The translations under genes and the position numbers were made by a program. From contig JAPLDX010000098.1 of the NCBI GenBank assembly GCA_026391215.1, positions 1 to 11,290 of the forward strand: a stretch of 11,290 nucleotides of DNA. Reading direction: 5' to 3'. Shown piece after piece: positions 1-6,868 of the stretch (position 1 is its first letter; each line of letters starts with the position of its first letter). The notes beneath the pieces are model-generated. The model did no database searches. It was given only the letters and a program-made list of their open reading frames with translations, and was not told where the DNA came from. This DNA comes from Bacteroidia bacterium. Lineage in GTDB: Bacteria; Bacteroidota; Bacteroidia; Bacteroidales; VadinHA17.

Positions 1-677
1 GCTTCAGCGTCAAGTTCAGGATCAACACCTTTGAGGATGCTGACCTGGTTAACACCTCCTTTAGAAGTAACACAGAACCTTACAATTACTCTTCCCTGTA
101 TGTTGTTTTCCTTGGCAACTTCAGGGTAGTTGGTATGTTCCATAATATATGTCAGCAGTGCTACGTCTCCACCGGGGAACATTGGCATCTCTTCAACCAC
201 TACGAAAGGCTCGGGATCAGCTTCTTCCTCCTGTACTTCTTCCTTGACAGGTTCAACATATTCAACTACTTCTTCGTTCTGAACTGTAACCTGTGCATCA
301 TCAGCTGTCATAAGCTGTGTTGTTTCTTCAGGTCTAACAGAATCAACAACTACCGGCGGTACATATCTTGCCTGCTGCACGGCTTCCGGAGGGGGAGGCG
401 GAGGCGGAGGGGGAGGCGCAACCACATCTGTTGGCTGATCCAGGTTCTCCATTTTAATTTCCACCTGTCTTTCTGCCCTCTTTGTCTTGTTTTCGACAGC
501 TTTTGCGTTCAGGTATGGCGTGATTATCGCAGTTGATAATATGATTACCCCGATAAGGGTTGCGATAAGAATATTGCGGTTGTATTTCTTACGCAATCTG
601 TAAGCTCCGTACTCTTTATTCCTGATCTCGAAAACTATATCATCGAAGTTAGGAACAGTGATCTTTTCTTTTGCCAT
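1..677 (-). CDS. tonB: Energy transducer TonB (partial; C-terminus runs off the window start; not in the supplied ORF track)
   Basis: Manual translation from ATG at 677: MAKEKITVPNFDDIVFEIRNKEYGAYRLRKKY (Bacteroidota TonB N-terminal motif), one TM helix ILIATLIGVIILSTAIITPYL, 10 consecutive Pro (387-416), an acidic linker, then a TonB C-terminal domain EEMPMFPGG...YPEVAKENNIQGRVIVRFCVTSKGGVNQVSILKGVDPELDAE. Lies 19 nt downstream of exbD. Confidence 0.95.
   Translation of the reverse strand, partial: MAKEKITVPNFDDIVFEIRNKEYGAYRLRKKYNRNILIATLIGVIILSTAIITPYLNAKAVENKTKRAERQVEIKMENLDQPTDVVAPPPPPPPPPPEAVQQARYVPPVVVDSVRPEETTQLMTADDAQVTVQNEEVVEYVEPVKEEVQEEEADPEPFVVVEEMPMFPGGDVALLTYIMEHTNYPEVAKENNIQGRVIVRFCVTSKGGVNQVSILKGVDPELDAE
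387..416 (-). repeat. Poly-proline tract (10 x CCN) in the TonB periplasmic linker
   Basis: G-rich GGA/GGC/GGG run on + strand; reads P10 in the tonB frame (VVA-PPPPPPPPPP-EAV). Confidence 0.85.
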
Positions 678-696
678 TTCTTTTCAAGTTTACGGG

Positions 697-1362
697 TTAA
701 TTGGATGAAGTTGCCGAAGTGGAAACAACGCCCATGGCAGCCTCCACCATTTTCTCTTCATACCATGTGATATCAACAAACATAAAAACAGCAATCCCGC
801 AGATATTCATCTCATCGAGGATATCCACGAAATTTCCATAATTAGCTTCTTTATATGCTTTTATAAGCACAATAGGACCTGTGTCATCAACTTTTTTCAA
901 ATGGCTTATTGCCCCTCGGACAGAATCCTGGGAAATCTCAATTTTCCCTGAAATGACCTGCTGATTGAAATCAGCAATCTTTTTGAACAATGTTTTGTTC
1001 CATCCCAGAAGGATCTGTCTAATGCCTGTAGCGCTGAAATCAGTTTCTCTGAGCGGTGGCAGATTATTAAAATCTTCCGGCTTCACAGTTCCCGGATAGG
1101 TGTAGATTTTGTTTTCCGGACCAAGGATAATATTCTGAGTACGGCTCGCTGAAATCCTCGGAGCCTCCTGATTCGGATCATTGAGCCTGTCGGGAAGCAC
1201 AATCTCCATTATCTTTGCTTTATTTAATGAGTTTGCAAGCATAAAGAATGTGATCAGCAGACACATCAGGTCAACCATAGGTGTCATATCAATATGCGGG
1301 ACAACTTTCTTAGCTCTCTTTTTTCCGCCTTTACCTTTTTCCTCTTGAATTATCTCTGCCAT
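697..1362 (-). CDS. exbD: Biopolymer transporter ExbD/TolR family protein (second copy)
   Basis: Basic N-terminus, then IDMTPMVDLMCLLITFFML TM motif with the conserved Asp. C-terminal IVLIKA...ANYGNFVDILDEM ExbD motif. Starts 1 nt after the stop of the upstream exbD. Confidence 0.93.
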   Translation of the reverse strand: MAEIIQEEKGKGGKKRAKKVVPHIDMTPMVDLMCLLITFFMLANSLNKAKIMEIVLPDRLNDPNQEAPRISASRTQNIILGPENKIYTYPGTVKPEDFNNLPPLRETDFSATGIRQILLGWNKTLFKKIADFNQQVISGKIEISQDSVRGAISHLKKVDDTGPIVLIKAYKEANYGNFVDILDEMNICGIAVFMFVDITWYEEKMVEAAMGVVSTSATSSN

Positions 1363-1363
1363 A

Positions 1364-2002
1364 TCACTGTTGTATTTCTTCTAGGTTTATTTTAGCTGCT
1401 TCAAGATTCGTAACCAGATTAAACCTTTTTACTTTCATTTCCTGCAGTATATCCAGTACTTTCTTGACAGCCGGGAATGGTGTCTTGGAATCTCCCTTAA
1501 TACATGCCTGGATATTCGGGTTAACCTGGCGCGCATAGAATACCCACATTGCCATCTGATTATCAGTTGAATCCAGTGGGATACCCACTTGGTATACCTT
1601 TCTGGAAGCGTTATCCTTGGCATTCAGGAATGCCTGCATATCCATAATAGGAACGCCCATTGAAGAAGGAATTTTTTCAAACTCTCTCAGCTGTTTCTCA
1701 GTAAATTCAATTCCGTACCTTTTGCCCATCTCAGCCAGGATTTTAGGCCTGAATTGAAGAATGGTGTCGGGTCCGTTATCAAAATTCATGAATACTTTAC
1801 CCTCAGGTGAAACCAGGAAAGTCATCATATTGAAATCAAGTGTGGGTGTTTCAGATATCGAGAAGGGTGTATCAATTGTGGCCGGTTCTGGTTGCCTCAT
1901 CTGGGTGGTGAGCATAAGAAATGTTAAAACCACACAAAATGTGTCGACCATCGGTGTCATGTCGATACGGGGTTGTTTGGTTGGTAATTTAATCTTTGGC
2001 AT
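1364..2002 (-). CDS. exbD: Biopolymer transporter ExbD/TolR family protein (first copy)
   Basis: IDMTPMVDTFCVVLTFLML TM motif and C-terminal IKGDSKTPFPAVKKVLDILQ...RFNLVT ExbD motif; directly downstream of exbB. Confidence 0.93.
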   Translation of the reverse strand: MPKIKLPTKQPRIDMTPMVDTFCVVLTFLMLTTQMRQPEPATIDTPFSISETPTLDFNMMTFLVSPEGKVFMNFDNGPDTILQFRPKILAEMGKRYGIEFTEKQLREFEKIPSSMGVPIMDMQAFLNAKDNASRKVYQVGIPLDSTDNQMAMWVFYARQVNPNIQACIKGDSKTPFPAVKKVLDILQEMKVKRFNLVTNLEAAKINLEEIQQ

Positions 2003-2042
2003 TATAGTTTTTATTTATCTTATTTAAACCAAAAGAATAAAT

Positions 2043-2861
2043 TTATTTACCTTTCAGTGATGCTGCAAAACTTTGTGTCAGACTGAAACCTGCTTCATCA
2101 ATTTTAAATGTATATGCGTCAATGGATGAGGAGAAATAGTTGAACGCAAGGATTGACAGGGTTGATCCTGTGATACCGAAAGCTGTATTAACAAGAGCTT
2201 CGGATATACCCTGTGAAAGAGCAAGTGCATCAGGAGCTCCTGATTGAGCAAGAGCGGCGAATGCACGGATCATACCAAGCACTGTACCTATAAGACCGAT
2301 CAGCACGGATATTGAAGCAAGTGTAGAGAAGATAACCATGTTTTTTGAAAGCATCGGCAGCTCAAGAGCTGTAGCTTCTTCAAATGATTTCTGGATAGAA
2401 AGGATCTTCTGATCTTTTTCAAGCTCTTTGTCCTGCTGCAGGTCACGGTAACGGGACAACCCTGCTCTCATGACGTTTGCCAGAGAACCTTTCTGCTTGT
2501 CGCATGCTTCCATTGCTTCTTCAATTTTATCTTCTGCAAGCAATTGCCGGAGGTTACGTACAAATAAGTTTATCTTTCCTTTTCCTTTTGCCCTTGAAAG
2601 TGTGATAATCCTTTCAAAAATGAAAATGATAAGGGTCAGAACGCATGTCATAAGAATGGGAACAATAAAACCCCCTCTGTAAATAATACCAAGAAAATTG
2701 CCTTCAAGCGCTTGTCCATCATGATTACCGCCTTCAAAGTTAACCGGATTACCCATTAAACTTTCGAACAATAATTCGGATACCACAAATGCTATTAAAA
2801 TAACACTGGCTGCGAAAATATTCTGCAGCGTCTCTTTAAATGAACCTCCTTGTTTACTCAT
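2043..2861 (-). CDS. exbB: MotA/TolQ/ExbB proton channel family protein
   Basis: GLIGTVLGMIRAF and ALSQGISEALVNTAFG motifs with both conserved Thr residues; FIFER after a TM helix; extra N-terminal hydrophobic helix. Confidence 0.95.
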   Translation of the reverse strand: MSKQGGSFKETLQNIFAASVILIAFVVSELLFESLMGNPVNFEGGNHDGQALEGNFLGIIYRGGFIVPILMTCVLTLIIFIFERIITLSRAKGKGKINLFVRNLRQLLAEDKIEEAMEACDKQKGSLANVMRAGLSRYRDLQQDKELEKDQKILSIQKSFEEATALELPMLSKNMVIFSTLASISVLIGLIGTVLGMIRAFAALAQSGAPDALALSQGISEALVNTAFGITGSTLSILAFNYFSSSIDAYTFKIDEAGFSLTQSFAASLKGK

Positions 2862-2899
2862 TTTTATCGATTTGTTTAGGTTTAAGATTTAACAATTTG

Positions 2900-2932
2900 C
2901 AAATATATATATTATCAGTTATTTTCTTCAAA
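2900..2932 (-). promoter_or_regulatory. Bacteroidota primary-sigma promoter for exbB-exbD-exbD-tonB
   Basis: Minus strand reads TTTG (2932-2929), 21-nt spacer, TATATTTG (2907-2900): a full match to the TTTG-N19-21-TAnnTTTG (-33/-7) consensus, 38 nt upstream of the exbB ATG. Confidence 0.75.
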
Positions 2933-3052
2933 CAATGTATAAAATATTATTGAGCTTTATGTTGAGTTTTTGTTAATATTCTCAATCAGAAAGACCGTTA
3001 AACAACCCGATACCCTGTTCTTTTACCTGAAAAAATTCAGCCCCGCTTAAAT

Positions 3053-5296
3053 TTATTTCTCAAGAGAAACGTTATACACCCTTGATTTTGTAATGGGAAT
3101 CTCTTTCGTTGTATATCCTGTAGCGCTGATTAAAAGCACTTCAGATCCCTGGGGTATCTCAAATTTGTATTCCCCTTTGGAATTGGTAAGATTCTCGGCG
3201 GCAGTATCTTTAACCCTGATGGATGCATAAGCTATTACCTTTCCGGTTGCAGCATCCTTTACAACACCTTTTATCTCATTAGGGTTAATACCCTTTCTTA
3301 CTGATGCTTCAAATTCATGAATGTAATTTACCTGGTTTTTTGCGGAGGCATTATTCGGATCAATTGCCAGTATCTTGTTATAAGCATCAGCTGATTTAGA
3401 AAGATATGGAAGCCTGCCTTCATTTGTCTTTTCATTTGAAGCCATTCTCAGTTCAAGTGATCCGATGCCGTTGTAACCCCTTATTTTAGCTTCTTTGTTA
3501 TTGGGATCCAGGCTTACCATGCGGTCATAATACTCTTTTGACTGGCTATAATTGTCAGCCATCATATGATAATAACCAAGGTAACCGCAAGCCTCAACTA
3601 TTTCTCCATCATTTTTCAGAGAATCAACCTTGGCAACATTAAGAACTTTTTCAAACTTAGGTTTTGCGAGTCCCAGTTTTGAATCTGGATCCATTTTCGA
3701 ATATGTACGGGCAATCCATACATAAGCAGCAATATGATCCGGCCATTTCTTTATAACAACATTAAATACTGAATCGGCAGTTTTATATCTGTCTCCATTA
3801 TAATATGCTCTTCCGATCTGCATATATTCTTCAGCTTTTTCATTAGCAGGATTTATGAGCTTAACCCATGTCTTCGCAGCCTCTTCATAACGTTTGTTTG
3901 AATAATAATTACTTGCCATTTCACTGATCACACCTTTGTCCTGAGGCTTCATTTCAAGGACTTTTACATATTCGCTGAATCCCCTGTCCAGTTCCTTGTT
4001 GGCATTTGCAATATCGGTCTTCAGCTTAGCAACCTTTGTCGTAAGATCATCAACGGTAGGTTTGATTTTAGGTTTCATGGCTGCAGAAGCAGATGCATAT
4101 TTTGATTGTTCCCTGGTAAGCTGCTGCTCCTGGGTTGAAAGCTCATCAAGCATCTTTGAGTAATTCTGGTTCTTCTTCATCAGTATTCTGGCCATGTAAT
4201 GATGGTCTTTCCATAAGATCCTGTCTTCCGTTACGGTTTTGAAAAGTTCTTCCATATATGAAAATGCTTTGCCGTAATCTGGATTCTTCATCTCATAATA
4301 GGAATAACCGGCAAGACGGTTCAGGAATGACCTTGATTTGTCAACTGCCAGGATCTCTTCTACATTCTTAATTACTTCAGTATAGTCGCCTGCATAAAAA
4401 AGAGAAGTAACGTATCTGGTCTGAGCCGGTATATTTCCCTGACTCAGTTCAAGGTACTTTTTATAGTTTGATTTTGACTGATCAAGCCTCTGGGCCATCC
4501 AGTAAAGCTGTCCGAGCTCCCTGTATGCAGGAGCGAAGTTAGCATCCAGACCAATTGCTTCCTCAAAGTACGGAATTGCAGCATTCAGGCTTTTCCCTCT
4601 TACATAAATGCTCCCGATCTTCATGGCTGCAGTAGGAGAGGTAGGATCAGCAAACTGTGCTAGGTTGTAATTTCTGATTGCATTGGAGCCGTCATTAGCC
4701 AGGATATAAATATCACCAGCTATCAGGAATATCTCAGGATTTTTTGGATCTATCTTGATAGCCTCCCTTATTAGTGGAAGAGCAGCAGATGTATCAACAT
4801 CCTTCTCCTTTATATATGACTCAGCAATTTTTGCCAGTGCAAAAGCATATTCCTTGGCCGGGGGAATAATCTTCTTGATTTTCTTATAAGGAGGCAGATA
4901 ACTCCTGGCCTTTGTACGCATCTCAGTCGCTGTCTTATCATCCCCGGTCATCATTGCTACTTTTGCAAGTCCGGTGTAATTAAGCGGATCATTTGCATTG
5001 GCACTGACACCTTTCTGGTAGATTTCCTTTGCATCCTTTATTGCCAGTTCAAGGGAATTGGATATTGTATCAGCATAGTAATCCATAAGGGTATTCTCTC
5101 CGAGATAAAAATAATATTTGCTGTTTGAAGGTTCTTTCTGAATCAGCTGCTGCAGCATTTCTCCGGCTTTATCATACTGCTCGCTTTTTGTAAGAAGCAA
5201 AGCAGAGTTCAGGTCCTGTGCCTGGTTAGTGATTGCTGCCAGTCCTGCAAAGACAACTGTCAGGAATAAACCTTTTTTGGATAATGAACGTCTCAT
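3053..5296 (-). CDS. Secreted tetratricopeptide-repeat protein with C-terminal CarboxypepD_reg-like (Ig-like) domain
   Basis: Sec signal ending NQA|QD. Many TPR-like helical units (e.g. AIPYFEEAIGLDANFAPAYRELGQLY, ADAYNKILAIDPNNASA). Last ~74 aa IKGVVKDAATGKVIAYASIRVK...TNSKGEYKF...LLISATGY...NVSLEK match the CarboxypepD_reg-like pattern. Confidence 0.88.
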   Translation of the reverse strand: MRRSLSKKGLFLTVVFAGLAAITNQAQDLNSALLLTKSEQYDKAGEMLQQLIQKEPSNSKYYFYLGENTLMDYYADTISNSLELAIKDAKEIYQKGVSANANDPLNYTGLAKVAMMTGDDKTATEMRTKARSYLPPYKKIKKIIPPAKEYAFALAKIAESYIKEKDVDTSAALPLIREAIKIDPKNPEIFLIAGDIYILANDGSNAIRNYNLAQFADPTSPTAAMKIGSIYVRGKSLNAAIPYFEEAIGLDANFAPAYRELGQLYWMAQRLDQSKSNYKKYLELSQGNIPAQTRYVTSLFYAGDYTEVIKNVEEILAVDKSRSFLNRLAGYSYYEMKNPDYGKAFSYMEELFKTVTEDRILWKDHHYMARILMKKNQNYSKMLDELSTQEQQLTREQSKYASASAAMKPKIKPTVDDLTTKVAKLKTDIANANKELDRGFSEYVKVLEMKPQDKGVISEMASNYYSNKRYEEAAKTWVKLINPANEKAEEYMQIGRAYYNGDRYKTADSVFNVVIKKWPDHIAAYVWIARTYSKMDPDSKLGLAKPKFEKVLNVAKVDSLKNDGEIVEACGYLGYYHMMADNYSQSKEYYDRMVSLDPNNKEAKIRGYNGIGSLELRMASNEKTNEGRLPYLSKSADAYNKILAIDPNNASAKNQVNYIHEFEASVRKGINPNEIKGVVKDAATGKVIAYASIRVKDTAAENLTNSKGEYKFEIPQGSEVLLISATGYTTKEIPITKSRVYNVSLEK

Positions 5297-5361
5297 AGCT
5301 AAAATTTTATTTTAAAATCAATTATACAAATTTTTTACTTCTTAAAAAACCACTTTTATTA

Positions 5362-5396
5362 GTCTTTTGTCTTTTTACTTTTATCTTTTATCTTTT
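5362..5396. repeat. Five tandem heptamers NNCTTTT (AAAAGNN on the coding strand)
   Basis: gtctttt gtctttt tactttt atctttt atctttt, in exact 7-nt register, ending at the base next to the TAG stop (5397-5399) of the PstS-like gene. Confidence 0.7.
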
Positions 5397-6356
5397 CTAT
5401 TCTGTCTTTATCTGTACAAGCCTGATAGGCATCGTTGCCGGAACAAGACCTGACTTAAGAACAATTCTTTGTCCCTGCTCGCCGGTTGCCCACTGAATAA
5501 ATCCTGATCCAAGACCCTTAAAAGTTTCCCTTGAGATAAGATATATTTCTCTGATAAAAGGATATGTTTTCGTGTAAATGAATCCCTGATCCGGACGATA
5601 ATATGTCCCATCGTTTATAAATTGCTGTGAAACAGCAACGATGTTAACTTTATTAATAAAGCTCCTGCTCAGCGAATCATCCCTGTCACTTATCCAGTTT
5701 ACGCTCACAATACCCATTGCATCACGATTTCTTGAAACGAAATCAATGACCTCCGAATTACTTTTTACCGCATAAAAATTGACTGGCAGATTATCTGTTA
5801 TCTCAAAAAGCTCTTTAAAATATCTTATGTTGCCTGATTTGGTATTATCAAAGATAACACTGATGTCACCCAGCTTTGATTTTGGATCAAGATCCTTCCA
5901 TTGCACTTTGCTGCCAAGAAAAATATCCCTGATATCATTATAGCTAATAAGCGTGTCATTATTCTCCTTATTGGTAACCAGGGCCAGTGCATCCCAGGCA
6001 AAGGTGGTTGTACGAGCTATAATCAGAGTATCTCTCAGGTATTGAATCTGGTCTTCAGTTAATCTCTTGCTTGTTACTATAACTTTAACTGAATCGTTCA
6101 TAAAATCATTTATGATATCATATTCAGGCTTATACTCTGGCTTGATCTTTGCGTTGACATATAAATTCGTAAATGTAAATACCTCAGTATCAATCAGAGG
6201 CTTGAAGGACTCATCTGCCGCTATCTCTATATTGCCCCTGGTCGGAGTCTCATTTAATTCAGTGGTTTTGCCTTTGCAGGAAATAAAAAAAACAAGTAAT
6301 CCCAGCGCGAGATAACGTGATACTGAATTGAGATTTTTAATAAATGATCTGTCCAC
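5397..6356 (-). CDS. PstS-like / periplasmic binding protein type 2 lipoprotein (usually annotated 'phosphate ABC transporter substrate-binding protein')
   Basis: PBP-like motifs DALALVTN, EVIDFV...DAMGIVSVNW, YPFIREIYLI, GFIQWATGEQGQRIVLKSGLVP. Lipobox LLVFFIS-C (Cys codon 6276-6278). The ORF is open to 6515 with an ATG also at 6431. The in-frame GTG at 6356, preceded by AATTAAA, gives a normal 26-aa lipoprotein signal and is my preferred start; the start is uncertain. Confidence 0.82.
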   Translation of the reverse strand: MDRSFIKNLNSVSRYLALGLLVFFISCKGKTTELNETPTRGNIEIAADESFKPLIDTEVFTFTNLYVNAKIKPEYKPEYDIINDFMNDSVKVIVTSKRLTEDQIQYLRDTLIIARTTTFAWDALALVTNKENNDTLISYNDIRDIFLGSKVQWKDLDPKSKLGDISVIFDNTKSGNIRYFKELFEITDNLPVNFYAVKSNSEVIDFVSRNRDAMGIVSVNWISDRDDSLSRSFINKVNIVAVSQQFINDGTYYRPDQGFIYTKTYPFIREIYLISRETFKGLGSGFIQWATGEQGQRIVLKSGLVPATMPIRLVQIKTE

Positions 6357-6529
6357 TTTAATTCTGGTGACGGCAAATAACTTACGGCACGCAATAATAA
6401 TAAAATTTTGAATAAATGTCGCTATGATCATATTCTTAATTTTTAATAAACTTATCAAATGCTGTACCGCAAAGTATATGCCAAGACGGATTTCTGGCCA
6501 TTTATAACTGCACAAAAATCAGCATAAGA

Positions 6530-6763
6530 TCATTCAGGATTATTTTCTTTTGCAAAAAAGAGCTTATAAATACTTACTGAAGCTCTGTATATTCTGTATA
6601 TTCCATAAAAAAGAAATGTTCCGCCGACTAAATTAAGCAGGGCTTTATTAATCTGGAAATTCTTGGCAAAAAACAGCAGAAATGTACCTGCCCCGAGGTA
6701 AAACAATGCCATAAAGAATCTGAATATGGCCTGCACCTGCATTACCACTTTATTGTCTTCCAT
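6530..6763 (-). CDS. Small membrane protein with two predicted TM helices, function unknown
   Basis: 77 aa with two hydrophobic stretches (IFRFFMALFYLGAGTFLLFF; LLNLVGGTFLFYGIYRIYR); co-oriented with its neighbours. Confidence 0.75.
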   Translation of the reverse strand: MEDNKVVMQVQAIFRFFMALFYLGAGTFLLFFAKNFQINKALLNLVGGTFLFYGIYRIYRASVSIYKLFFAKENNPE

Positions 6764-6868
6764 ATCAAAAAAAATTTTGTGCTAATAAACAAAAAATCAC
6801 TTAAATATCAAAAGCAAATAGTAATACTGTTAAAAATAAGAAATGATATCAGACATAACCGGATCGAA

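Noticed and set aside
135-536. Plus-strand 133-aa ORF with an Arg-rich RRGRRRRRGRR stretch
   Set aside because: Antisense shadow of tonB; the Arg/Gly run is simply the reverse complement of the poly-Pro codons.
2895-2990. Possible Fur box or TTGAG repeats upstream of exbB
   Set aside because: Only a GATAAT half-site and short 5-6-nt repeats in very AT-rich DNA; not distinguishable from chance.
6357-6515. 53-codon N-terminal extension of the PstS-like ORF
   Set aside because: It would put the lipobox Cys at residue 80, too far for a lipoprotein signal. The region is AT-rich and intergenic-like, so a downstream start (GTG 6356) is more plausible.
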